Source of the DNA: an uncultured Nitrososphaerota archaeon
GTDB taxonomy: Archaea; Korarchaeota; Korarchaeia; Korarchaeales; Korarchaeaceae
Assembly: GCA_964480775.1 (NCBI GenBank)
Contig: CAYZRF010000002.1
Location: forward strand, 30,001-62,000
Direction: 5' to 3'
Length of the DNA stretch: 32,000 bases
In this document: piece by piece, positions 1 through 8,200 of the stretch
How positions within the stretch are numbered: position 1 is the first letter of the stretch
How the letters are laid out: each line of letters begins with the position of its first letter
Translations under genes and position numbers: made by a program
The notes under the pieces: model-generated
Told to the model about the DNA's origin: nothing
Seen by the model: only the letters and a program-made list of their open reading frames with translations
The model's database searches: none

Positions 1-3000
1 TTACGAAAATCAGATCGAAACGTGATAAAATTGTTGGAGGTAAGTTTATGTTCTCAGCGACAGATAAATCCGCATCATAACGCCCTCTCTTTGGATTTGC
101 AGCTGCTATAATCGTCGTTCTCGCATTTAAAGTTGCAACGATCCCAGCTTTTGCTATGGATACTGTGTTATGTAGAACAACACCATGTGAAACAAAGTTA
201 TGAGTCGGCTCTACTGTGACATCGTAGACCCATTTCGTCGAAAGATCTCCTTTGTTTGGCACGACCTCTACGCTTTCTATGGTTAGAAGATTGAAGCCAC
301 CATCCTTCATAACAAGCTCCTCAATCTCATTACAACTTTCAGAAAATAACGTACAAAGCTCAGGAAGCCTTTGAACGCCTAATGTTGACTCACCACTTTC
401 AACTTCGATAGCCGGCTTGGTTATCAAAGTATTCTCATCATAAACAAAAACAGGATGTTCTGGCGTTACAATTACCTCTTTACCATTCGAAAACTTCAGC
501 TCAACAAAATATGAAGGAGCCAAGTGCCTACTTACCCTATCAATTCTCGATCTCTTTACCTCAAATGTCCTAAGATCAACTGTAAAAACTTCAATTTCTT
601 GATCTAGAGGCAAAATCTGACAGTTTACACCGTTAATGACTTTTTCCGGATGCTTCTCCATGAGTTCATCTACAAAATGTCCAATCCATTTTTTGGTTCC
701 ATCTGCGAACTGTATTTCAGTTGAGGGATGATATGACTGCTGCTCCATCGCTTCATGAATGGCTCTCCTATCATCTTCATTCATCTTATCGAACTCGTCT
801 ATGCAAGCGATTCCACCATCCGCAATTACGAGAGCCCCTGCTTCTAACGTCCAACCTCCAGTTGCGGGCTCTCTGATCACAGCAGCAGTCAAACCAGCAG
901 CTGTAGAACCTTTTCCAGTTGTATATAATCCTCTTGGAGAAACTTCTGCCGCATACTTCAAGAACTGGCTGTTATGGATGATGAATCCATTTGCAACAAA
1001 GTTCTTTGTTCCAGGAACCTCTATATCGTATACCCACCCATCATGCTTCCTTATCTTCTTTATCTCAACTACTCTTTCCCAATCTACTGTTGACTCGGAA
1101 ATAAAGTCTAAAAGACTGAGATCTTGTCTTATGGTGGCAACTTCTACTTTTTTGAAGGTAGAGGATCTCCTCCTTAACTCCTTTCTGAGTTCTCTAGAAA
1201 TCATACTTAGATGCTCCTTTGGAATCTTTGAAATGCCAAGCTCATATCTTCTAAGCAGGTAGGGCTTTATTCCAGTAAGAGATGCGAGGGTTGACCTAGG
1301 AATCTTCATTTCTTCTCTAATCTTCTTTACAAGCTTTCCAATACGAGGCACGCCAGGGTCCTGTTTCGCTTTTTGACCCTTAGACCCCGCGATCTTAGAG
1401 GTAAAGCCATCAAAAAGCGGAAAATCTTCTCCTACTAAACCTACGAACTGTTTAAGAGAACCTCCTTTTAGAATTATCTTACACGTTCTGTTGACCTCAA
1501 CATAAGGGACTATCCCTAGCCTCAAGAGAATGAGCCTAATCTGATGTGTTAGCCCCTGATTATACGTGTAAAACCATAATTTCTTGAGTTTTTCAGAGAA
1601 ATTAGCCGAAGAAGCAACATATCCCCTAATAAAAGGCAGCGCTAGTTCTTTCTGACAATATATCATCCATTTTGGTAGTTTTCTGGCTATTTTTTTGTCT
1701 TGTAGAGAGGGAATTAACGAGAGTATATCTTCATACACACTTTTGGAAATAAAGAACCCGATTTTCTTGTTTTTCCCTCTATTCTCATATGTACGAACTC
1801 CTCTTGCTTTCAAACAACCCTTTATGAGTTTTATAAGTCTGTTTACGCACTTCTCATCAAGTTGAATCGTAACTAAGACTGTGGTTTTCCTCTTTCTAAA
1901 TTGTGCTTTTCCCAAGAGGAAGCCTAAAACCTCCATTAGTTCCTGATCAACTTTCAACGAACATTTTGGAGGATCTTTGTTGTGCTTAGTTTCGAAAAGT
2001 CCCAAGGTAGCCACATAAGATCCCATCAGCAGATCCTGTGCTTTTACGTATTGAGGCCTTCCGTTCTTATCTATTGTTAGAAACGGATGTGTCGGAGTGA
2101 CTTTTATAGAAAGACCCCTTTCAGTCCTTATTTCTAGTAAATTACTTGAAATCTTTCTCTTTGCTATTCCCGCGCATTTTTTCTCCGTGATTTTCATGTC
2201 TTTTGTCATAGTAAGTACTTTGAAATCACCTTCTGCAGCATATCCATCTTCTAATCTTTTATTCCCCTTTTTCAATAATTCTTCAGCCAAATCATCAATC
2301 CTGCAAAATTCTCCATCAACAAACACAAGAGTATCCCCAGATACACACTTAGCGACACCAGGGTCTCCTACCAACAAAAGATGAAGTTCACCTCTTATTT
2401 TCGTCCCATCTGGAAGGACAAGAGGATTACCTCCAAAAAGAGCCAAGACAATTGCCTTCTTTATATGCCTCCAACCGTAGATTGCGGGCGCTATCGAGTT
2501 TAGTAGCTTCTCCTCAATGTTTGGGTCTTCTGCTAAGTTTAAAATGATCTTCTCGTCCTCAGGGGAGATATCAACTTTCTCATAAACTTTTGACGGAACT
2601 TTGACGTTGTTAAGATCCAAATACCTCTTGTAAATTAATACAGGCTTTGTGGAAATCCTTCTAGAACCTGATGCAGGTTGGAGCTTTATTACCCCGGTTG
2701 CAATTACCTGATCTCCTGGCTTCACTTTGTCTACTAAATCATCCCAAAGCTCCGCTTCAATATGCTTAGGCATGGCTCCTGGCGGCAAATCTTCAGGAAG
2801 CTCCTGTATCCTTATGTGCTGCCAGTTAATGTACTCGCTATTCCCTTCATCAAATAGGAGCCTACCTCCACAATTAGGACAGACCTTTGGAATGGCTTGC
2901 TCTCCTTTCATGAGGTCGATCAAGTACATTTCGTCACAGCTTTTGCACCGATAAGCTGCTTTCGAGATCCTAGCAAATATCTCAGAAACTCTTATTACAA

Positions 3001-3415
3001 TCCCCTTTATCTGAACAAACCTGTTAAGGACTTGGGAGTGTAGTTCTCTAATGCTAGTAGTATCTGGAAGGTTATCAAATCTTGCGTGAAATATCCCTTT
3101 CACGAAAGTAACTTCTGAGGAATCGAGGTCTCCGACTAACGTTAATACAATTTCCTTAATAGCTTGAGATGCGGCCTCTATGTGTTTCTCTGGGTTGAAA
3201 TGCAAATCTCTTGCTAACTCTCTTGTCAGAGGGTAACCAAACAAGTCATGATAATCTATCACGAGAGAGCGTCTTCCATTAGCTATCATCTCATCGATAG
3301 CACGTCTGTATTTGGCTTCGCCAGATTTGTCCCTATATTCCTCTAGGAACCTCTTATAAATGAGTTTCAGACTTTTTATATCCGCAGGAAGTGAGGGGGA
3401 GCTTATAAGACTCAT
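1..3415 (-). CDS. mcm: MCM replicative helicase; 3' end cut by the window edge; interrupted by two in-frame inteins
   Basis: Absent from the ORF track because it runs off the left edge. Manual minus-strand translation from ATG at 3415 gives MSLISSPSLPADIKSLKLIYKRF... It shows a zinc motif CKSC..CPNCGG, Walker A GDPGVAK|intein|SQFLKY, GKGSTAAGLTAAV and Walker B CIDEFDKM. It also shows IHEAMEQQ|intein|TVSIAKAGIVATLNAR and PPTILSRFDLIF. No stop codon down to position 1. Confidence 0.96.
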   Translation of the reverse strand, partial: MSLISSPSLPADIKSLKLIYKRFLEEYRDKSGEAKYRRAIDEMIANGRRSLVIDYHDLFGYPLTRELARDLHFNPEKHIEAASQAIKEIVLTLVGDLDSSEVTFVKGIFHARFDNLPDTTSIRELHSQVLNRFVQIKGIVIRVSEIFARISKAAYRCKSCDEMYLIDLMKGEQAIPKVCPNCGGRLLFDEGNSEYINWQHIRIQELPEDLPPGAMPKHIEAELWDDLVDKVKPGDQVIATGVIKLQPASGSRRISTKPVLIYKRYLDLNNVKVPSKVYEKVDISPEDEKIILNLAEDPNIEEKLLNSIAPAIYGWRHIKKAIVLALFGGNPLVLPDGTKIRGELHLLLVGDPGVAKCVSGDTLVFVDGEFCRIDDLAEELLKKGNKRLEDGYAAEGDFKVLTMTKDMKITEKKCAGIAKRKISSNLLEIRTERGLSIKVTPTHPFLTIDKNGRPQYVKAQDLLMGSYVATLGLFETKHNKDPPKCSLKVDQELMEVLGFLLGKAQFRKRKTTVLVTIQLDEKCVNRLIKLIKGCLKARGVRTYENRGKNKKIGFFISKSVYEDILSLIPSLQDKKIARKLPKWMIYCQKELALPFIRGYVASSANFSEKLKKLWFYTYNQGLTHQIRLILLRLGIVPYVEVNRTCKIILKGGSLKQFVGLVGEDFPLFDGFTSKIAGSKGQKAKQDPGVPRIGKLVKKIREEMKIPRSTLASLTGIKPYLLRRYELGISKIPKEHLSMISRELRKELRRRSSTFKKVEVATIRQDLSLLDFISESTVDWERVVEIKKIRKHDGWVYDIEVPGTKNFVANGFIIHNSQFLKYAAEVSPRGLYTTGKGSTAAGLTAAVIREPATGGWTLEAGALVIADGGIACIDEFDKMNEDDRRAIHEAMEQQSYHPSTEIQFADGTKKWIGHFVDELMEKHPEKVINGVNCQILPLDQEIEVFTVDLRTFEVKRSRIDRVSRHLAPSYFVELKFSNGKEVIVTPEHPVFVYDENTLITKPAIEVESGESTLGVQRLPELCTLFSESCNEIEELVMKDGGFNLLTIESVEVVPNKGDLSTKWVYDVTVEPTHNFVSHGVVLHNTVSIAKAGIVATLNARTTIIAAANPKRGRYDADLSVAENINLPPTILSRFDLIFV
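167..736 (-). mobile_element. Mini-intein (190 codons) inserted after EAMEQQ of MCM
   Basis: Ser1 codon (734-736) follows IHEAMEQQ. Motifs are SYHPSTEIQFADG (block A-like) and TPEHPVFV (block B). The C-terminus is WVYDVTVEPTHNFVSHGVVLHN, followed by +1 Thr (164-166). Removing it restores EAMEQQTVSIAKAGI. Confidence 0.85.
971..2347 (-). mobile_element. Large intein (459 codons) inserted in the MCM P-loop
   Basis: Cys1 codon (2345-2347) directly follows GDPGVAK. Block A is CVSGDTLVFVDG and block B is TPTHPFL. The C-terminus is VYDIEVPGTKNFVANGFIIHN, followed by +1 Ser (968-970). Removing it restores GDPGVAKSQFLKY. Internal LAGLIDADG-like pair: VLGFLLGKAQF and LPFIRGYVASSANF. Confidence 0.9.
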
Positions 3416-3421
3416 TTTTAC

Positions 3422-4081
3422 CTACTTCTCCTCCCTTAAATCCATTCTCCACTTATCTATAATCCCCCTTAGAACTAGATATAGCACCCTTTCCTCAGGA
3501 GTAAGGTGCTCAAGAATGCGCCACTCCATATCATCAACATGAGAGAGCAGAAGATATCTGACTATTTTCCTTAGCCTTGCTGAGCTTAAATCAAAAAGAT
3601 TAGATGTCAAACGTCTTATTTCAAGAGGGTCTGACCCTTTCGTAATATTTGCTCTTTTGATTTCACTTTTTAGCCAAGAATATGTGTCCTCTGGCATCTT
3701 AAGAGGCCTTGTTGTCATTTGTTCCTTATGAATCATTACCTCTACAACCCTGACATCTATAGGATCCTTTCTTTCTACAAAACCTTCTTTTTCTAACTCT
3801 TGGAACAACCATACGGGTATACTAACTTCCATCCCCCTCTTTAGCCTCCAAGGCAACTCAGGATGCTCAGGTAAGTCCTTCTTAACTGTAGCATCTATTC
3901 TAGCCAGGCTGCGAATTATCTGAAGGTCTTCTGAAGAAGGGGGAAGAATCACATGCATCATGAGATTGCCACCTGTACTACCTAAAAGATACCCCCTGTT
4001 ATCAAAGGCTTCCGGTCCGAGTCTTTTATTAAGCACCTTTCCTGCTTTTCCAGCGAGAGAGTATGGAGAGTCCTCCTTCAA
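3422..4081 (-). CDS. gins23: GINS subunit, Gins23-like (B-A domain order); likely true start at ATG 3961 (MMHVIL...)
   Basis: Ends 6 nt upstream of the mcm start, matching the gins23-mcm operon arrangement known in Crenarchaeota. N-terminal beta-domain-like segment VSIPVWLFQELEKEGFV. C-terminal helical segment with LTPEERVLYLVL. The first 40 codons overlap the divergent nadK start and are probably not translated. Confidence 0.6.
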   Translation of the reverse strand: MKEDSPYSLAGKAGKVLNKRLGPEAFDNRGYLLGSTGGNLMMHVILPPSSEDLQIIRSLARIDATVKKDLPEHPELPWRLKRGMEVSIPVWLFQELEKEGFVERKDPIDVRVVEVMIHKEQMTTRPLKMPEDTYSWLKSEIKRANITKGSDPLEIRRLTSNLFDLSSARLRKIVRYLLLSHVDDMEWRILEHLTPEERVLYLVLRGIIDKWRMDLREEK

Positions 4082-4920
4082 AACTCTTGCTTAGAAAAAG
4101 ACCAAATCACAAAGGAGCATCTCTGTTAGCTGACAGAGTAACTGATTTTCTTAAGGACAAAGGAATTGAGGTCATGGAATGTGAAGATTCCATGGAAATT
4201 GATTCTAAAGAGTTTGATTTGGCCATAGCTGTTGGGGGAGATGGTACGCTTCTACGTCTATTTCATAGGATAAAGGGCAGTATTCCCATTCTTGGCATTA
4301 AGGATGGTTCATATGGTTTGCTTATGGAGCTCTCTGAGGAAAACCTGATCCAAGGATTAAATAAACTAGTTCTTGGGAAATTTTGGATAGAGGAGGCCGC
4401 AACTATAGAGATTCCAAAAACAAAAATACTAGCCCTCAACGAAATCCTTCTTTCAACCCCTAAAATAGGGAAAGCGCTCAAAATAAGGATATCCGTGGAT
4501 GGCGCTATAGTAAATGGGTTTCTTGGGGATGGTCTCTTGATATCCACACCCCTTGGTTCTTTAGCCTATGCCCTTGCTGAAGGTGGTTCTTCGATAGATC
4601 CAAGAGCAAATGTTCTAGAGGTTGTTCCTGTTAATCCTTGGCCACCTAGTATGTTAGTGCCCACTAGCTCGATAATAGTTCCAATGGACTCTTCTATCTT
4701 AATAGAAGCTGACAAACCCATGCTTGTGGTGCCAGATGGCTGCATAGAAGAATGTGTGCTCTCGGATGAGAGGATAAATGTAAGGACATCTCAAGAAAAA
4801 GCCAGACTCGTTAGGTTTTCAGCAAGCCCTCACCATCATTACTCAAGGATAATAAGGAGGATTTCAGAGGCCAAGAAGATAGCTGAAGGGAGATTCTTGA
4901 AGGAAAAGATGTTCTCATAG
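4063..4920 (+). CDS. nadK: NAD kinase
   Basis: GGDGTLL motif, NEILL, and overall PpnK-like length and layout. Confidence 0.9.
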   Translation: MESPPSKLLLRKRPNHKGASLLADRVTDFLKDKGIEVMECEDSMEIDSKEFDLAIAVGGDGTLLRLFHRIKGSIPILGIKDGSYGLLMELSEENLIQGLNKLVLGKFWIEEAATIEIPKTKILALNEILLSTPKIGKALKIRISVDGAIVNGFLGDGLLISTPLGSLAYALAEGGSSIDPRANVLEVVPVNPWPPSMLVPTSSIIVPMDSSILIEADKPMLVVPDGCIEECVLSDERINVRTSQEKARLVRFSASPHHHYSRIIRRISEAKKIAEGRFLKEKMFS

Positions 4921-4926
4921 AAAGAA

Positions 4927-4936
4927 AAATTTATTT
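4927..4936 (+). promoter_or_regulatory. TATA-like box upstream of tRNA-Leu
   Basis: A/T box AAATTTATTT lies about 24-33 nt upstream of the mature tRNA 5' end. Confidence 0.35.
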
Positions 4937-4959
4937 CCATGAGTTTTACATAGAAGCTT

Positions 4960-5044
4960 GCGGGGGTGGCCGAGCCAGGTCAAAGGCGGCGGACTCAAGA
5001 TCCGCTCCCATAGGGGTTCGTGGGTTCAAATCCCACCCCCCGCA
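4960..5044 (+). tRNA. tRNA-Leu (anticodon CAA), class II with long variable arm
   Basis: Acceptor GCGGGGG/CCCCCGC, anticodon arm GCGGA-CUCAAGA-UCCGC, variable arm CCC-AUA-GGG, T arm GUGGG-UUCAAAU-CCCAC, discriminator A. Confidence 0.95.
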
Positions 5045-6228
5045 TTGTTGCTACTTTTTTCAAATCCTTCTTCTTGGATTTTCTGAATCTTTGATAAAAA
5101 GTAGGCCAAGAAAGCTGGGGACAGGTTTACCTGTTTGGTTCTACCTACTAGATTTCTAGTTACCAGACCCATGTTTTCCAAGCGTTTCAACATTCTGGAA
5201 ATCTTACTCTTTGAAAAACCCACATTTAAGGGTATCTCACGTTGTTTCATACTCCCTCCGTTTCTAGCGAGAAGTCTTAGGATTTCTATCTCTTCTGAAC
5301 TTAGTTGACCAATTATGCCTTCAATCTTTTTCAAGTCTTTTTCATCCAAGGTTTGTTTAGCCAAATCGATGTCAGAAACTGTTGGCAATTTTGTCTTTAG
5401 AGTTCCTTGTCTAAACAGAATCCAAGAAATTATGAAAGCTGTTAAGGCAGAAAGGATATTTGATGCAAAAATTAAAAATAGAGGGGTCTGTGTAGCTACA
5501 GGCCCTGTAGAAGAGGTATTTGTTTCTTGTTGTTGTTCTATTATTTCTTCCAAAATATAAGTGCAAGAAAATACAGTTCGCTCGGAAGTCATGACATCCG
5601 AAGTGGCTAGATCCCATATAACAGATGTTCTTCCAAGAGTGATTTCATCACTAATTTGTAGCGGCATTGGAGTGAACAGCCCCCGATATCTATAAAACTG
5701 CCTTAGATTAGAATTTGGAGGGAGATACACCCTTAATACGGAATCTTCTAATGAAAGAGTTACATTCGGTTGATAGAACCGATAATAGAAAACTCTTCCT
5801 TTAGGGTTGTTCAAAACTCCTAAAACGAAAACACCTTTGGAGGCTGATAAGGAAATTCTTACATCTCTCTTCTCCCCTGGAGAGATCGGCTCATCAAATG
5901 AAATGATCATTATGTGAGATAGGTACATGCTCTGGGTCCAAGCGAGATGAATGCCATGATCTGCCTCCCAATACGTAATATTTCCTTCTCTGGGAGGAAT
6001 GTCTTGCCTCTCCAACAATGGAAGGGAGACGGCACGAACTTCTGCATCATACCCTGATGGGACAACTAAAGTAAACATTATTGTGATAAAACATGAATCA
6101 TTTCTTTCTAGAAATGCTTCAATGTCAAACCTTTCAATATAAGGTACAGTAGGAGCTCCTGTAACAAAGATACTCCCCAGCGGTAGCATCGTAAGCAATG
6201 CCATCATGATCAGAGCGAGGTTCTTCAA
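5026..6228 (-). CDS. Membrane-anchored winged-helix protein (signal/TM, extracytoplasmic domain, TM, cytoplasmic wHTH; COG2512-like)
   Basis: N-terminal hydrophobic LALIMMALLTMLPLGSIFV. Second TM LFLIFASNILSALTAFIISWILF. C-terminal MarR/ArsR-like EILRLLARNGGSMKQREIPLNVGFSKSKISRMLKRLENMGLVTR. Confidence 0.6.
   Translation of the reverse strand: MKNLALIMMALLTMLPLGSIFVTGAPTVPYIERFDIEAFLERNDSCFITIMFTLVVPSGYDAEVRAVSLPLLERQDIPPREGNITYWEADHGIHLAWTQSMYLSHIMIISFDEPISPGEKRDVRISLSASKGVFVLGVLNNPKGRVFYYRFYQPNVTLSLEDSVLRVYLPPNSNLRQFYRYRGLFTPMPLQISDEITLGRTSVIWDLATSDVMTSERTVFSCTYILEEIIEQQQETNTSSTGPVATQTPLFLIFASNILSALTAFIISWILFRQGTLKTKLPTVSDIDLAKQTLDEKDLKKIEGIIGQLSSEEIEILRLLARNGGSMKQREIPLNVGFSKSKISRMLKRLENMGLVTRNLVGRTKQVNLSPAFLAYFLSKIQKIQEEGFEKSSNNAGGGI
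5055..5060 (+). terminator. T6 tract downstream of tRNA-Leu
   Basis: TTTTTT lies 11 nt after the tRNA 3' end. Archaeal termination uses oligo-T. The tract sits inside the antisense CDS. Confidence 0.3.
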
Positions 6229-6289
6229 TTGGGTCTACACCCAGTCAATGCGTACATTAGAAGATTTGATGTAAAAACTGTTTCGTTAT

Positions 6290-6793
6290 ATGCTGATAAG
6301 ATTATCGTCAGTAATTTTAGACTTTAAGAAGCGACAAGGTAACTTGAGGATGATGGTGTCGACACAAAATAAAGATCATTCGAAACATAATGAGAGGAAT
6401 TTATTCCTAACAAAAGAGAAATTAGAGGAGATCATAGACTGGACAAAAGCCCTTTCTAAGTTGGCAGAAGATGAGAGTTGTACAATAATAGTTGAAGGCC
6501 AAAAAGATATGAACTCCTTAAAATCCTTGGGAGTAAAGGCAAATTATGAATCTGTAAGAGAAATTATACAAAGCCTCAAGAAAGGCCTACAAGACGAATT
6601 TAATGGGCACTCATACGTAATACTTACCGACTTTGACAAAGAAGGAAAATTACTGCATCTTCATCTCAAGACGATGCTTACGTCCCTGGGAGCTAAAATA
6701 ATCGAGTGGCCTAGAATACGCTACTTAAAGATAGGTCTTCCTCCCAAAATAGAGGAGGCTTACAATTTCGTAATTGAGAGGAGAAACAAATGA
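6290..6793 (+). CDS. Small Toprim-domain protein (COG1658-like); likely start at ATG 6350 behind GAGG
   Basis: IIVEGQKDMNSLKSLGV (Toprim Glu) and VILTDFDKEGKLL (DxD). Confidence 0.7.
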   Translation: MLIRLSSVILDFKKRQGNLRMMVSTQNKDHSKHNERNLFLTKEKLEEIIDWTKALSKLAEDESCTIIVEGQKDMNSLKSLGVKANYESVREIIQSLKKGLQDEFNGHSYVILTDFDKEGKLLHLHLKTMLTSLGAKIIEWPRIRYLKIGLPPKIEEAYNFVIERRNK

Positions 6794-7275
6794 GTGAAGA
6801 GAGATTTAAGGTAGAAGTAGAAGCACCTCTATATCCTACCGAGTCTAAAGAAGCCGTTATGCAAGCGATCCTAAATATAGTGCCTGCAGAAAAAGAAGAA
6901 ATAATGATAATAAAGGGCAATCCATCTCTTCTAAAATTAAGCAAAAAAGGGTACCAAGCGTTAACAAAAATACATCATTTACTTAGAGAGGAGAGAATCT
7001 TAGATACAGCGAGAGATATGCTTATTTACAGCCTAAAGAGAAGTGGAGTGATGATGTTACTACTCCACAAGCAAGCAGCATACGTAGGCGAACTAAGACT
7101 ATGTTCTTCTGAGGATGAGTCGCCTTTAGGAGTTATAAGGGTAAAATTAAACTTCAAGGGCGATTTAACCTTATTTTTAGACTGGCTTGCGCCTAAAACA
7201 GTTTCGGGAAGAGTACCTAGGGAGATAGAAATATATGAGCTTTTAGGATCCAAGACTTCACAAATTAACCGTTAA
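6790..7275 (+). CDS. Conserved archaeal protein, UPF0201/COG1931-like
   Basis: ATGA start/stop overlap with the Toprim gene. The N-terminus KVEVEAPLYPTESKEAVMQAILNIVP resembles the UPF0201 family from memory. The family assignment is tentative. Confidence 0.45.
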   Translation: MSEERFKVEVEAPLYPTESKEAVMQAILNIVPAEKEEIMIIKGNPSLLKLSKKGYQALTKIHHLLREERILDTARDMLIYSLKRSGVMMLLLHKQAAYVGELRLCSSEDESPLGVIRVKLNFKGDLTLFLDWLAPKTVSGRVPREIEIYELLGSKTSQINR

Positions 7276-8163
7276 CAAGTCTTTTGCAACAAACGCATTT
7301 TTGAACCGGCTTTTTGCCTCTTTTTCTATTTCATCCAAGTCTTTGTTTTTGTATCTAGCACTAAAGTGCGTAAGAGCGAGATTTTTAACTCCTGCTTTAA
7401 TAGCGACGTTACATGCCTCTCCAACCGTGCTATGTCCTGTTTTCTCAGCTCTGTCTCTAAGGTTATCCCGAAAAGTGGAATCATGAATTAGTAGATCAGC
7501 ACTCATTGAATTGTGAATAACAGCCTTACATGGCCTAGTATCGGAAGAATAAACAAGGAATTTTCCCTTTCTCGGAGGACCCATGACATCCTCTGGATAC
7601 ACCACATGTCCTGTTGGAGTTTTTATCACCATGCCCTTTTGCAACAAACCTCTCATAGTTATGGGGACGCCAAGTTCGTTTGCCTTCTTTACATCAAATT
7701 CTCCAGGCTTATCGGCTTCCTTAACCCTGATTCCAAAGGTCTGAGTATCTCCATGAGAAACAGGAAACATTTTGACCTCATATTTCCCAAAATCAAAAGA
7801 ATTTTCGCTACTTATCTCAAATACCTCTACCTCAAAGCGAGGTTCAAGATAGGCTTTCCTTACCAACTCATAAAACACATCTTTCAAGCCAATTGGAGAG
7901 TATATCTCGAGCCTCTTCTTTCTTCTTAACAAGCTAAGTGTTTGAATTAGCGGAAAAAGGCCTAAAAAATGGTCTCCATGAAGATGAGATATGAAAATCC
8001 TTGTTAATCTAGCAAAACCAAGACCAGACTTCATAATTTGCCTTTGAGTTCCTTCTCCAGCATCCAATAGAATGTACTCACCATCGAAAAACACAGCTAT
8101 TGATGGATGGGCCCTTTCTAGCGTAGGAATTGCGCCGCCAGTTCCTAAGAAAATGACCTTCAT
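7258..8163 (-). CDS. rnz: Ribonuclease Z (tRNA 3' endonuclease, metallo-beta-lactamase fold)
   Basis: MKVIFLGTGGAIP, HLHGDH motif, C-terminal LTHFSARY. Confidence 0.9.
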   Translation of the reverse strand: MKVIFLGTGGAIPTLERAHPSIAVFFDGEYILLDAGEGTQRQIMKSGLGFARLTRIFISHLHGDHFLGLFPLIQTLSLLRRKKRLEIYSPIGLKDVFYELVRKAYLEPRFEVEVFEISSENSFDFGKYEVKMFPVSHGDTQTFGIRVKEADKPGEFDVKKANELGVPITMRGLLQKGMVIKTPTGHVVYPEDVMGPPRKGKFLVYSSDTRPCKAVIHNSMSADLLIHDSTFRDNLRDRAEKTGHSTVGEACNVAIKAGVKNLALTHFSARYKNKDLDEIEKEAKSRFKNAFVAKDLLTVNL

Positions 8164-8200
8164 TAAACTTCACCAACCTATTTTTACATAAAGCAATAAG

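Noticed and set aside
759-3542. Plus-strand track ORFs 759-1262, 2097-2384, 2727-2954 and 3360-3542
   Set aside because: All lie antisense to the continuous mcm/intein reading frame. They have low-complexity Ser/Leu/Phe-rich translations and no motifs, so they are shadow ORFs. The same reasoning applies to the other short antisense ORFs inside well-supported genes, for example 4263-4547, 5315-5617, 7301-7929, 8727-9029, 14352-15518, 16002-16379, 16747-17520, 18473-19138, 19626-20209, 20651-21106, 24528-25518 and 30454-30648.
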